This document shows positions 18,246-27,706 of a DNA stretch of 64,000 nucleotides, in pieces. The position numbers were made by a program, and so were the translations under genes. Numbering within the stretch: the first letter of the stretch is position 1; each line of letters opens with the position of its first letter. The notes under the pieces were generated by a model. It did no database searches, was not told where the DNA came from, and was given only the letters and a program-made list of their open reading frames with translations. Origin of the DNA: a virus; IMG/VR virus record IMGVR_UViG_3300027747_001390, positions 11,627 through 75,626 of that record; one strand, written 5' to 3'.

Positions 18246-19070
18246 GTGAAGAAGATCACAACCGCTCGATTCGATTCTTGGGAAGAGTTCGTCGCCTCAG
18301 CCGAGAAGAGTTCCTATCGAGGATGGGACGCAGGCCACAGCAAAGGCAACGAGCCTTTCTACGGTACCTACAGTTTTGGGGAAGCCGCGAAGCTGGCCCG
18401 CGACGGCTGGGCCGAGGGTGCCGCCAGAGTTCAGAGCATCCGCGCCAGTCTGGGCGAGGTTATCAGCACGCTCGTGGCGGCTCGCGCCGAGTCGATCGGC
18501 TATGACGTCGCAGGAGACTACGTGGACGTCGGTCGATTTCTCGGAGGGGAGCCGGAGTGCTTCGGGGTCCGGGTGTGCGACGAGTCTCAGTCGAAGCCAG
18601 TCGTCAGGATCAACGTCAACACCGCAGTCAGTGCCTCCGTCTCGGCGTCTGCCATCTTCGGTCGCGGTGCGGCGATCCTTGCCGCGATCGACGTGATCGA
18701 GGCCACTGGGAGCCGCGTCGAGGTCTGGGCGGTCAACGGCAACGTGAACAACAAAGGCAATCACGTCCACGAGACCTACGCGTTGATCAAGTCTGCGAGC
18801 CAGCCGCTCGACATCGACCGCCTTGCGTTTGCGTTCTGCCACCAGAGCAGCCACAGGAGGTTGGCGTTCTCTGTTTTTGAGCATTACGGCATCAGGGCTG
18901 GCGAGTCATGCCCTCACGACGTGAGCATCACTGAGGGTATCAACACCCGCCCAGCCCGCCGCTCGCAGACTTTCACCCGTCAGGAATTGCTCGAAGAGAT
19001 CAAGTGGATTTGCGATCAGGCCGGAGTGTGCATCTCGCAGGAAGAGATCGACGCTCTGGCTGTTGCCTGA
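18246..19070 (+). CDS. vWA-like partner of the AAA ATPase
   Basis: Adjacent to MoxR-like AAA; DVGRFLGGEPECF; VVRINVNTAVSAS alpha/beta core. Confidence 0.55.
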   Translation: MKKITTARFDSWEEFVASAEKSSYRGWDAGHSKGNEPFYGTYSFGEAAKLARDGWAEGAARVQSIRASLGEVISTLVAARAESIGYDVAGDYVDVGRFLGGEPECFGVRVCDESQSKPVVRINVNTAVSASVSASAIFGRGAAILAAIDVIEATGSRVEVWAVNGNVNNKGNHVHETYALIKSASQPLDIDRLAFAFCHQSSHRRLAFSVFEHYGIRAGESCPHDVSITEGINTRPARRSQTFTRQELLEEIKWICDQAGVCISQEEIDALAVA

Positions 19071-19110
19071 TTGTTTGGATACCATCACCCCCAACGAAAG
19101 AGACAGTGGA

Positions 19111-19605
19111 ATGAGCCTGATCAAGTTCATCGAAGCCGCTGAGTCTCACGGCTGGCATCACGAGCCAAGCGGTGCCCGCAGCGAGACTGGCGGCTGGACG
19201 CCAAACCCGGCAGCGATCACGTGGGGTTGCGGGCACTAACCGACGCTCGTGCGTGGTGCGGTGCGTGTCGCGATCGAGAACATCGACCTCTACTACCACA
19301 ACGGACGCGCGTGGCGTGGAGACCCAACCGTGCAGCCTGACGATCGAGTCACGCTGGCAGCGATCATCGTTGACGGCGAGAGCCGGAGGCAAGGGCTGGC
19401 GACGGAGGCGATGAAAGACTTGCAGTCGATCGCTGCGAGTCTAGGCATGGAGATCAATCTCGAAGTCGCACCGATGGGTGCGTTCAAGGCGAAGGGCAAG
19501 AGGACGATCGAGACGCGAAGTCTGATTCGGTGGTACAAGTCCCTTGGGTTCCAGCCAGCGTGGCCGGGCGAGGGCGAGACCATACTCGTATGGAGGGCAA
19601 CGTGA
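19111..19605 (+). pseudogene. GNAT-like acetyltransferase interrupted by an in-frame TAA (19237-19239)
   Basis: The ATG 19111 frame continues past one TAA into ESRRQGLATEAM...LIRWYKSLGF; no RBS before 19249. Confidence 0.55.
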
Positions 19606-19853
19606 TGCACCAGATCAAACCGACGACATCGTTCGCAGGGACGCCGCGTGACCGGATGGCAGACGCACTGGCGTCAGTCGCGAACGCTCTCGAAGCGGCT
19701 CAGCGGCTCATGGGAGAGGCAACTCCCAACGGGCGAGACTACCATGATCAATCGCAGTGGGCGATCGATCGCAAGGAGTCGGATCGTCGCATCCGGCTCG
19801 TCGAGGAGTTGGCGAGGCAATACTGGACCGAGGCCATGGAGGTGCAAGAATGA
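19605..19853 (+). CDS. hypothetical protein
   Basis: Coupled ORF; TPNGRDY. Confidence 0.55.
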   Translation: MHQIKPTTSFAGTPRDRMADALASVANALEAAQRLMGEATPNGRDYHDQSQWAIDRKESDRRIRLVEELARQYWTEAMEVQE

Positions 19854-20077
19854 TCAAGAGTCAAGCGACGATCTGCAAGGAGGTCTACGAATACTTCCTG
19901 AAGCACGGCCTCGTCTGCGAGAACGGCGAACGCCGCACTGCCAGCATGGGGACGGCGAGCAACGCGTTTGTCGTCGCCTACGAGACGGGCAAGATTCACA
20001 TCGCGGTGCGGAAGGGATCGGCGGCTCACGCGGCGGCACGGGCCGGGCTCAAGCTGAGGAAGGAGGCGCAAGAGTGA
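19850..20077 (+). CDS. hypothetical protein
   Basis: ATGA overlap; GGAGG RBS. Confidence 0.5.
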   Translation: MIKSQATICKEVYEYFLKHGLVCENGERRTASMGTASNAFVVAYETGKIHIAVRKGSAAHAAARAGLKLRKEAQE

Positions 20078-20289
20078 GAAAGACTGGAGACGCCGTCGAC
20101 TGCCACCTCTGCGGGCGTGCCGTGACGGTCGTCCGCAGCGGCGTGAGCGGCAGACTGGCAAGGCACAAGTGCCCGCACGGCACGTGGTGCCAAGCCAGTC
20201 TCAGGGGGTGCTGGAGCAAGCGGCGATCGACCGTCTGCCGGGAGTGTCGACAGACCTGTCCGGGGGCAAGCCTCGAAAAACAGGCCTAA
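20074..20289 (+). CDS. Cys-rich zinc-finger-like protein
   Basis: CHLC, HKCPHG, CREC. Confidence 0.45.
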   Translation: MRKTGDAVDCHLCGRAVTVVRSGVSGRLARHKCPHGTWCQASLRGCWSKRRSTVCRECRQTCPGASLEKQA

Positions 20290-20296
20290 AAATCCG

Positions 20297-20392
20297 TGTG
20301 TCATAGCAGGATTTTTCCCCTTGCCAATCCGCCTAGGTTGCCCTATACTGCAAGGGCACAGACGAGACACCAGCCACAAAGGAGCCGCCACA
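20297..20392 (+). promoter_or_regulatory. early promoter-leader repeat P2
   Basis: TGTGTCATAGCA; TTGCCA 20321-ATCCGCCTAGGTTGCCC-TATACT 20344; GACGAGACACC leader; GGAG. Confidence 0.85.
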
Positions 20393-21382
20393 ATGACCAA
20401 CCTCAGCAACCTCTCGCCGGTCGCCGCCGACACGCTCTACGTGGAGCGGCTCGCCGCCCGAAGCACGGCTGCATTCTACGCCAAGCAGGATGAAGACTCT
20501 CTGGTGTACCTCTTCGGCCGGGGAGTCTACGTGAAGGGCGACCGTCGCTCTGGACCGACGCACGTCTACGTTCACCCAGACGCCCCGATCGCCGCCGGAG
20601 ATGGCTGGCACCACAACCCCCTGCCGACTCTGGGGGACGTTCAGCCGCTCAAGGCCTATCAGGTCGTCGAGGCCTTCATCACCGGCCATCCCAAGGCCGC
20701 AGGCTACGGCGACCTGATCAAGGCCTACGGCAACGCCGAGGGGCGTCTCGCCGAGGCACGTCTTGCCGTCCAAGAGTCCGAAAACGACTACCGAAGCCGC
20801 CCGTGGGCACGCTACTTCCTCGTGACCTCCAGCGACGGCCACATTCACGCCTCGACCGGCTGCTCGACGTGCAACAAGGGCCGGGAGCCGACCGGCTTCG
20901 CCCTCGTCCCCTACCTCAGCGGCGCGGCCCCAGCGGACGCCGTCGCAGACCTTGGCCCGGCTCTGTGCAGCGTGTGCTTCCCAGAGGCTCCCGTCGAGGA
21001 CAAGGAGCAGGCTACGATCCCGGCCCGGCTTGCACTGGCTCTCAAGGAGCAAGGCTCCGAGGCCTTCCAGCAGGCCCGTCAGGAGGCCTCCGCCAAGGCC
21101 AAGTCCAAGGCGGCTGATCGCTGCCCCGGCAGCGGCGAGCGGGTCCAGATCGGCAAGCACGGCTACGTGAAGTGCCCGTCCTGCGGCTGGTCGTGCCGCT
21201 CCTCGACCGGGAAGGTCGCCGCCCACCGCCGCCCCCGGTTCTACGCCGTGCAGGCGGTCGAATACGGCAACGACAAGTTCTGGACCGGCACCGGCTGGGG
21301 GCCGTCGACCAAGAAGGTCGCCTTCGAGAGCCGGGAGGCGGCTCTGGCGATCGAGGGTGCGACGGAGGCCCGGAAAGACTGA
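20393..21382 (+). CDS. Cys/His-rich early protein
   Basis: GHIHASTGCSTC, LCSVCFPEAP, CPSCG; strong codon bias. Confidence 0.7.
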   Translation: MTNLSNLSPVAADTLYVERLAARSTAAFYAKQDEDSLVYLFGRGVYVKGDRRSGPTHVYVHPDAPIAAGDGWHHNPLPTLGDVQPLKAYQVVEAFITGHPKAAGYGDLIKAYGNAEGRLAEARLAVQESENDYRSRPWARYFLVTSSDGHIHASTGCSTCNKGREPTGFALVPYLSGAAPADAVADLGPALCSVCFPEAPVEDKEQATIPARLALALKEQGSEAFQQARQEASAKAKSKAADRCPGSGERVQIGKHGYVKCPSCGWSCRSSTGKVAAHRRPRFYAVQAVEYGNDKFWTGTGWGPSTKKVAFESREAALAIEGATEARKD

Positions 21383-21385
21383 TCC

Positions 21386-21470
21386 GTGTCATAGCATTTG
21401 ACAATCGGCCTAGGTTGCCCTATACTTGGGGCTCAGAGATCGAGACACCAGACACGAGGAGACGCGAGAC
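21386..21470 (+). promoter_or_regulatory. early promoter-leader repeat P3
   Basis: GTGTCATAGCA; TTGACA 21398-N17-TATACT 21421; GAGATCGAGACACC. Confidence 0.88.
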
Positions 21471-21833
21471 ATGAACGAGAACAAGACCAGCCAGCAATCG
21501 ATCCACGAGGGCATCGAAGCCTACAACCGCGAACACCGCGAGCGTGAGAAGCGTGAGTTTTTTGCTTGGGCTTTGCCAAGACTGCTGGCGAGGCTTGGCG
21601 AAACCGACAAACTTTTGGGGCAGGCGGGCGGCGATCGCCCGGAGGTTGCCCGCCAGCAAGCCCGCAATCGCGACGCTATCGCCGCCGCCGGGGCGGACGC
21701 CGAAGGGCTTCTCGCAAGGCTGCGGGAGTCAGACAAACTGCTCTGGAAGATTCGCCCGGCCGACCGTCGCAGCAGGCTCAGGCTCGCCATTCTGGGGCAG
21801 TGCCAGCGAAACGAAAGCTTGATTGAATATTGA
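21471..21833 (+). CDS. hypothetical protein with internal repeat (LLARLxExDKLL twice)
   Basis: First ORF after P3; GAGGAG RBS. Confidence 0.55.
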   Translation: MNENKTSQQSIHEGIEAYNREHREREKREFFAWALPRLLARLGETDKLLGQAGGDRPEVARQQARNRDAIAAAGADAEGLLARLRESDKLLWKIRPADRRSRLRLAILGQCQRNESLIEY

Positions 21834-21905
21834 ATGACCCGTCTTTCACCGTCCAACTTGTCCGGATACACTCGCCACCCCCCCAAGACTCAAGGAGACT
21901 CACCA

Positions 21906-22136
21906 GTGAAGAACAAAAGCAGCCAGCAACGGATCGCGGAAGCCGCCCTGAAGTACGCACACAACACGACCAACGGCATCCTTCACGACAGCCTCTTGGA
22001 GAGCATTGCCCTTGGGCAAGTCTCAGTGTGGGTCGAGCAGCAGGACGATTGCATCTCGCCAGAGCGGATCGTGTTCGTCGCCCGCGAGGCCTGCAAACTG
22101 ATTCGCAACCACTACCGGATTCTCGCCAGTCTCTAG
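21906..22136 (+). CDS. hypothetical protein
   Basis: AAGGAG...CCAGTG start. Confidence 0.55.
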   Translation: MKNKSSQQRIAEAALKYAHNTTNGILHDSLLESIALGQVSVWVEQQDDCISPERIVFVAREACKLIRNHYRILASL

Positions 22137-22169
22137 TCTGGATACCATCACCCGAAAGGAACCCAACCC

Positions 22170-22517
22170 GTGAACACCATCAACAAGCCAGACGGCAGAG
22201 TGCATCGTCATCCCAACGGCGGCTACACGCTCGCGTGTGCGACATTCCTCGACGGCAAGCTTGCCACTGTGAACTACCGGACGATCAAAGGCCTCTGCGG
22301 AGGAGGCCAAAGACCCTACTGGGTGACTGAGGCCACCGTGGCCTTCTACGAAGGCGACGGGACTCAGTACCCGGTTCACACGAGCAAGCACGGCCTGCGG
22401 ACGGTCAAGAACGGATTCACCAAGAAGCAGGCACTCGACGTGTTTCACATCGGTCACGAAGGCTTTGTACTGCGGGGCGACGTCGCCGTGCGGGCAAAGT
22501 TTGCACACCCAGAATGA
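22170..22517 (+). CDS. hypothetical protein
   Basis: AAAGGA RBS, GTG start. Confidence 0.55.
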   Translation: MNTINKPDGRVHRHPNGGYTLACATFLDGKLATVNYRTIKGLCGGGQRPYWVTEATVAFYEGDGTQYPVHTSKHGLRTVKNGFTKKQALDVFHIGHEGFVLRGDVAVRAKFAHPE

Positions 22518-22531
22518 AAGGAACCCCACCA

Positions 22532-22705
22532 GTGACGCTCTTCATCAAGATCGATACCGACAACGCAGCGTTCGAGAACCCGCGAGAGATCGAGCGGTGC
22601 CTCGCGAAAGTCTACGACGACATCAGAGAACAGCCGGGCGTAGCTCAGAGCGGAGCCATCCGCGACTACAACGGCAACACCGTCGGCCAGTGGCAGCTTC
22701 AGTAG
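22532..22705 (+). CDS. small conserved phage protein
   Basis: IKIDTDNAAFE...IRDYNGNTVGQW. Confidence 0.6.
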   Translation: MTLFIKIDTDNAAFENPREIERCLAKVYDDIREQPGVAQSGAIRDYNGNTVGQWQLQ

Positions 22706-22734
22706 TACGGACTTAATCACCCGAAAGGAACCCC

Positions 22735-23139
22735 ATGACACACAAACAAGCCAAGCTGCACGCGGAACACTTCTCGTGCGTGACGCGTTCGGACTACGGC
22801 ATCGCAAGGAACGCGTTCGGAGGATGCTCCGTCTTCATCCTGCCTCCCGAGAAGGACAGGAGCGGATCGGAGCTTCTCTGCGAGGTCGTTCGCTACGCCG
22901 ATATCGGGCCGCAGACTCGCGAGAAGCATCTGTCGCTCGATCAACTTCACGGAGATCACTGGAGTTGGCACTGGCACGTCCCCGAGACTCTCGGCGAGTC
23001 TGCGGACCTGAACCAGACCGACATCCCCGGACTGTGCCTGACGGCGGTCTGCCAGTTGCTCGACGAGGGCAAGATCACGATCGCCGACGTGGATGGTGCA
23101 TACACCCGATCGAAGGAGCGTGCATCTTCAAAGTTGTGA
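22735..23139 (+). CDS. hypothetical protein
   Basis: AAAGGA RBS. Confidence 0.5.
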   Translation: MTHKQAKLHAEHFSCVTRSDYGIARNAFGGCSVFILPPEKDRSGSELLCEVVRYADIGPQTREKHLSLDQLHGDHWSWHWHVPETLGESADLNQTDIPGLCLTAVCQLLDEGKITIADVDGAYTRSKERASSKL

Positions 23140-23218
23140 ACCCGGAACTCCTGAGACTTGCCACCGTGGCGACAGTCCAACTTCGACAGGTCACTCTCAA
23201 GAAGAAAGAGGTGCTGAA

Positions 23219-23497
23219 GTGAAACCATTCTGCGTCAGTTCAAATTGGATCGCCTACGCTCACGGCCCGGCAGCGGACGACCGCCAGCCGTCGGCAGTCG
23301 AACTCTGCGACTTGATCACGGAGCGAGACTATGTGCTGGTGCCCGGCGACCGGCTCGACCTCATCAGGGAGATCATCGACGTGGCAGGCCTCTACACGTC
23401 TGCCTACGGCGGCGACCGCGAGGAGAAGCTTCAGGCGGCACGGGCGAGGCAGTTGATTCAACGGGCGTGCAAGTACATCGAGGAGACAAGCAAATGA
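23219..23497 (+). CDS. hypothetical protein
   Basis: GAGGTG RBS; coupled to the next gene. Confidence 0.5.
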   Translation: MKPFCVSSNWIAYAHGPAADDRQPSAVELCDLITERDYVLVPGDRLDLIREIIDVAGLYTSAYGGDREEKLQAARARQLIQRACKYIEETSK

Positions 23498-23775
23498 CTC
23501 AGATCGACATCGGTCAGGTTGTAGCCACTCGCGGAGTGGCGGAGTGGGTCGAGGAAAAGCCGGTCGAGCGGCGGATTGGCGCGGGCCGGGCGTTGCAGCA
23601 GCACCAGTCTGGAGACTGGGGCAAGGTCTGCCAAGAGGACAAGGCGACAAACGACGAGGCATTGAGTGAGGGCAACCGTCTGCTCTCGTGCTACGAGATC
23701 GACGGTCGCGACGTGTGGGTGATTACCGAGTGGGATCGCAGCGTGACCACCATTCTTTTTCCGGAGGAATACTGA
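23494..23775 (+). CDS. plasmid/ICE-type small conserved protein
   Basis: GQVVATRG...HQSGDWG...NDEAL..GNRLLSCY...VWVITEWDRSVTTILFPEEY. Confidence 0.75.
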   Translation: MTQIDIGQVVATRGVAEWVEEKPVERRIGAGRALQQHQSGDWGKVCQEDKATNDEALSEGNRLLSCYEIDGRDVWVITEWDRSVTTILFPEEY

Positions 23776-24215
23776 TGACCATCAACAGCGTGATCGAGCG
23801 GCTGATCGCCGTCGTCACCCGCGACGGGCAGGAAGTCGAGTGGTTCGCGAGCGAGAAGGACGCGTCAGCGTTTGTGCAGCACGTCTACGGCCTGTCTCCC
23901 TACGATCTGATCGGCCACCCCAGCGTGGCGATCGGCGGGATCAGGGAGCCCCGCGCGGGTGATCTGGTCAAGACTCTGGAGGGGATCGCGATGCTGTGCG
24001 GAGACGGGCGGGCGACACTCAACGCCCGGACGTTCCGCGCGGGGGCGCGAGTCTCGTGTTCAGGAGGCCCGGACGTGCCCGTAGACGTCGATCGGCTGCG
24101 GCTGGTGGGTCTGGAGAGGGTCCAAGTCTGGCGGTGGGCAGACGGCTACCCAGCGGCTCACAACGACGGCTACTACGGCGTCACGGTGCCCGTCTGGGAG
24201 GAGGCAAAAACATGA
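23775..24215 (+). CDS. hypothetical protein
   Basis: VSCSGGP, WRWADG...HND; coupled ORF. Confidence 0.55.
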   Translation: MTINSVIERLIAVVTRDGQEVEWFASEKDASAFVQHVYGLSPYDLIGHPSVAIGGIREPRAGDLVKTLEGIAMLCGDGRATLNARTFRAGARVSCSGGPDVPVDVDRLRLVGLERVQVWRWADGYPAAHNDGYYGVTVPVWEEAKT

Positions 24216-24334
24216 ACCGGATCATCGAGACCTTGCTCCTGATCCGGCTGGGGCAGGAACTGGGGACGGACAGCCCGCTTGCCCGAGCCGTTGCAGAAGT
24301 GCTGGAGTTGGCCGTAAAACAGGGCTTTTTCTGA
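24212..24334 (+). CDS. small protein
   Basis: GGAGG RBS; LIRLGQELGTDS. Confidence 0.45.
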   Translation: MNRIIETLLLIRLGQELGTDSPLARAVAEVLELAVKQGFF

Positions 24335-24336
24335 AC

Positions 24337-24421
24337 TGTGTCATAGCACTTGCAATTCGCCTAGGTTGCCCTATAATGCAGGGGTCGAGACGAGACACCA
24401 CGAACCACGAGGAGATCACCA
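24337..24421 (+). promoter_or_regulatory. early promoter-leader repeat P4
   Basis: TGTGTCATAGCA; TTGCAA 24350-TTCGCCTAGGTTGCCC-TATAAT 24372; GAGACGAGACACC. Confidence 0.85.
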
Positions 24422-25162
24422 GTGAACGCCACCGCCACCAACTACACCGTCGATCAGGCCTTCGCCGCCCTTGACGCTCTCAAGGCAATCAAGCCCAAGC
24501 ACGATGCCATCTCGTCCGAGAGGGGCGGGTTTGTGTTCTGCCCGGACGCTCAAGTGTCTGCCGCTTATGTTGCCGCTGGCAAGCGGCTCTTCGAGGTCGC
24601 CAACTACTTCTACGCCACTTTGACCGGCTTCAAGACTCTCAACGATTGCCTCGACGCTCAGGGGCACGGCTACCGTCCGACCTTCAACGAGGACGGCGGC
24701 AAGGATCGCGAGACGGTGTTTCTCGCCGAGGTCTACGATCTCATCGCTGAGGCTCGTGGGCTGGCTCTCCGGGCCTACCGTCCGCAGCAGGCCAAGCCGG
24801 AGCCCAAGCCCGCCCTGACGCTCCAGTCGCTCAAGGCGAACCTCAAGCACCTCCGAGACGAGGCCCATCGCGACACCAAGTCGATCGACGCACGGTTCTT
24901 CCGTTCGAGCGGCACCGAGGTTCGATTCGGCGGCGATGCCGACGTCGACTACTGCTTCGTTGGAGAGTGGAATGGCACTCTCAAGCAACTCAAGAGTCTG
25001 GCCGAGGACTGCCGGAGCCGGGGCGGCAAGGTCGTGAGCCTCAGCGGGCACTGGAAGTGCGGCGACAACCTCGAAGACATCTTCGACCCGACCGACTGCG
25101 AGTGGGAAGTCAACCTGACCCCGGACGAGATTCTGAACATCGGCAGGCGGTCTGCGTCATAG
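24422..25162 (+). CDS. early hypothetical protein
   Basis: GAGGAG...CCAGTG start; strong codon bias. Confidence 0.65.
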   Translation: MNATATNYTVDQAFAALDALKAIKPKHDAISSERGGFVFCPDAQVSAAYVAAGKRLFEVANYFYATLTGFKTLNDCLDAQGHGYRPTFNEDGGKDRETVFLAEVYDLIAEARGLALRAYRPQQAKPEPKPALTLQSLKANLKHLRDEAHRDTKSIDARFFRSSGTEVRFGGDADVDYCFVGEWNGTLKQLKSLAEDCRSRGGKVVSLSGHWKCGDNLEDIFDPTDCEWEVNLTPDEILNIGRRSAS

Positions 25163-25190
25163 CACTTGCCAATCTGCCTACATCCGCTGT
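25153..25190 (+). promoter_or_regulatory. decayed copy of the promoter repeat
   Basis: GTCATAGCA-C-TTGCCAATCTGCCTA present, but no -10 hexamer. Confidence 0.55.
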
Positions 25191-25259
25191 GACCAAGACC
25201 TCTCGTCATGGATCGATTCCTGAGCATTGCCCATCACCACCAACCCGAGGAGACGACCA

Positions 25260-25607
25260 GTGAACATCATCACCCCCGAGATCGAGACCGAAGCCGCCCT
25301 TTACGCTGAGGGCACGAAGTACACCAAGGCGGACATCATCGCTGAGTATCGCGCGCACGTCCGACGCGCCGCCGAGGACGGCGTCGAGCATCTCGACATT
25401 CAGCGGTTCTGCGAGGGCGTGCTGTGTATCGGTCAGCGTGAGTATCAGATCGCGTTCGTGAAGGCGGACGGATCGTTCGACGTGGTTCAGACGCTTCTGG
25501 CTGGCAACGACGAGGAGGCAAACGACTACGCCTCGCACGCCTACGCCGGTCGCGAGTGGTTCGTGTTGGACGAGAACGGCAACAACATCAACGGAGGTGA
25601 CCAGTGA
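25260..25607 (+). CDS. hypothetical protein
   Basis: GAGGAG...CCAGTG start. Confidence 0.6.
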   Translation: MNIITPEIETEAALYAEGTKYTKADIIAEYRAHVRRAAEDGVEHLDIQRFCEGVLCIGQREYQIAFVKADGSFDVVQTLLAGNDEEANDYASHAYAGREWFVLDENGNNINGGDQ

Positions 25608-25810
25608 ACACCAGCGAAACCAACGACGACATCGCGTGGCGGCTCCTGCGGGAGGCCCGCTACGCCAAGCCGAGCCGGAAGGTCGAGGCGTGCCACCGGG
25701 CGGCGGCTTGGCTCGACGAGGGGCCGTGCGACGACGCCGGGCTCCTCGACGAGATGCACAAGGAACTGGCGGAGATCGAGTCAGCAATTCCAGAGTGGCA
25801 AAGGAGGTGA
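25604..25810 (+). CDS. hypothetical protein
   Basis: GGAGGT...CCAGTG start. Confidence 0.5.
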   Translation: MNTSETNDDIAWRLLREARYAKPSRKVEACHRAAAWLDEGPCDDAGLLDEMHKELAEIESAIPEWQRR

Positions 25811-25813
25811 CCC

Positions 25814-26056
25814 ATGCACCCCAACATCGAAGCCGCCGTGCGGTGGTCGATCGACGAGTTCGATCGCCGCACGCGGCTGCTCGAAGAAAACTCGCCCGAG
25901 GCGAGAGTTGACTGGATCAACCCGGACTATCGAGTCTCGTGGACCGACGTCTGTGCAAGGTTCTTCGACGACCCGCCCGTGCGGGACTTCGCTGGACTGC
26001 GGATCGATTACGACACGGCATTCAAACAGGAACTCAAGAGGAGGAACAGCAAGTGA
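25814..26056 (+). CDS. hypothetical protein
   Basis: AGGAGGT RBS. Confidence 0.5.
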   Translation: MHPNIEAAVRWSIDEFDRRTRLLEENSPEARVDWINPDYRVSWTDVCARFFDDPPVRDFAGLRIDYDTAFKQELKRRNSK

Positions 26057-26322
26057 ACACCATCTACACCCCTGAAGCACTTGAGCGAAGCGTTGCTAAG
26101 GGCAAGTACAAGACTTGCCTCTTGCGAGACTTCGGCAAGACCGACACCGACGACGCGTTTGTCTTCGTCTTTCCGTCGCCAGACTTGATCAACGCCGAGA
26201 ACGGCGACGGCAACTTCCTCGAAGTCTGGGACTACGCCCGCGACCTGTCGAGCGTCACCACGAGCCGTGGCGACATCGCAACCAACCCCGAGACCGTCAT
26301 CTACTACACGTGGGAGGACTGA
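26053..26322 (+). CDS. hypothetical protein
   Basis: GTGA overlap; GAGGA RBS. Confidence 0.5.
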   Translation: MNTIYTPEALERSVAKGKYKTCLLRDFGKTDTDDAFVFVFPSPDLINAENGDGNFLEVWDYARDLSSVTTSRGDIATNPETVIYYTWED

Positions 26323-26324
26323 GC

Positions 26325-26528
26325 ATGAAAAAGTGGAACGTCCGTAGCTGGAAGACTCACGACCGCAGAACCCTTCGAGGGGCGGTGATCAAGCTCATGG
26401 TTCACCACGAGGTGATCGTGGCACAGATCAAGACCGATGCGTTGCGGTTTTTCTTCGAGAAGCACCCGGAGGACCGCGACGGGCTGACCGTCACGGCGTC
26501 GCCGCTGAAGGTGAGGGCAGGGACATGA
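26325..26528 (+). CDS. hypothetical protein
   Basis: GGAGG RBS. Confidence 0.45.
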   Translation: MKKWNVRSWKTHDRRTLRGAVIKLMVHHEVIVAQIKTDALRFFFEKHPEDRDGLTVTASPLKVRAGT

Positions 26529-26797
26529 GCAATGAATTCATCACGACTGATCACGCCTACGAAACGCTCGATCTGCTTCGGCGAAGCATCGAGGACTTGA
26601 CGTCGATCCGGCGGATTCTCCGCCGGGCACGGCGTCAGGGCAAAGGCGTTCACCCCGGCAAGTGTCGAGACACGCTCTCGTCGTGCATTGCCGACCTGAT
26701 CGAGTCTTGCGCTCACCTGTCGCAGGGCGACGACGCTGATCGGATTGCACTGAGCAAGGAACTGGCGACGCGGATCATCGAGGAGGACACCAAGTGA
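26525..26797 (+). CDS. hypothetical protein
   Basis: Coupled ORF. Confidence 0.5.
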   Translation: MSNEFITTDHAYETLDLLRRSIEDLTSIRRILRRARRQGKGVHPGKCRDTLSSCIADLIESCAHLSQGDDADRIALSKELATRIIEEDTK

Positions 26798-27036
26798 GCA
26801 ACATGACGGGCGACGATCAGCAACTTCTGGACGATTGCGTCAACCACTTGCGAGGCACCATCCACATGAATGCGAAAGTCGCGCCGCGACTGCGGGTGCC
26901 GGTCAGCATCTGCGGCTCAGTACGCACTTGGATGCACAGGCATCTCGTCGGCGTGGGCTTGCTATGGGGCCACGCTGCCGAGACGAACGAATACGAAAGA
27001 CTTGTTTCACTGGTCAAGGAAAGGGTCGAGCGATGA
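26794..27036 (+). CDS. hypothetical protein
   Basis: GGAGG RBS; coupled. Confidence 0.45.
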   Translation: MSNMTGDDQQLLDDCVNHLRGTIHMNAKVAPRLRVPVSICGSVRTWMHRHLVGVGLLWGHAAETNEYERLVSLVKERVER

Positions 27037-27407
27037 GCATAATTAGCGACAAGAACGGCAGGCCTGTCTACGTAAGGCGAAACAACAGGTATGTCGTCTA
27101 CAGGATCGGCAAGTTCGGAAACTACGAGTGCGACGACGAGCGTACCTACGGCTCAGTTGAAGACGTTCGTGCCGACTACCCTGAAGCGGTCAAGCACGTA
27201 GACAAGAGAGCAACAAAGGCCAAGAAGCGACACCCAGACACGCACTACAGGCCTTCCGGCAAGGCGGCTCAATGTCTTGGAACACCCGGATCAACGCTGA
27301 GCAATGATCAATGGCTCAACTGCAAGGCGACAAGCGACATCTCGAAGGTGACTTGCAAGGAATGCCTGAAGCAAGTCCGCACACTCATCAACAGTAGGCT
27401 CGAATGA
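27033..27407 (+). CDS. hypothetical protein with C-terminal Cys motif
   Basis: ATGA overlap; VTCKECLK. Confidence 0.5.
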   Translation: MSIISDKNGRPVYVRRNNRYVVYRIGKFGNYECDDERTYGSVEDVRADYPEAVKHVDKRATKAKKRHPDTHYRPSGKAAQCLGTPGSTLSNDQWLNCKATSDISKVTCKECLKQVRTLINSRLE

Positions 27408-27706
27408 CACTCCCCCTCTACCCCGGCGCGTCGCCGTGCGTCGGCTCAGGCTATTGCTGCAAGGTGCGGCCGTGCCCGTTCGGAAAGGGGACGCCGTGCG
27501 TGCATCTCAAGCCGGTCGACGGCCTGCGGTACACGTGCGGCATCGCTGAGGAGATCATGACAAAGCCGGGATGGGAACTGTCGCCAGCGTTCGGCGCGGG
27601 CTGCTCATCGACACTCTTCAACGCTGACCGGGCCCGGATAATTCGCTTGGCTCGCGCGACCGGTACGGATACGCTTTCCACAACCATAGAAGGGATAATC
27701 CAGTGA
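27404..27706 (+). CDS. Cys-cluster (possible Fe-S/Zn) protein
   Basis: CVGSGYCCKVRPC...CVHL...YTCGI...GAGCSS. Confidence 0.55.
   Translation: MTLPLYPGASPCVGSGYCCKVRPCPFGKGTPCVHLKPVDGLRYTCGIAEEIMTKPGWELSPAFGAGCSSTLFNADRARIIRLARATGTDTLSTTIEGIIQ

Noticed and set aside
19237-19239. Alternative genetic code (stop reassignment)
   Set aside because: TAA, TAG and TGA all end well-defined genes elsewhere; only one interrupted gene was seen
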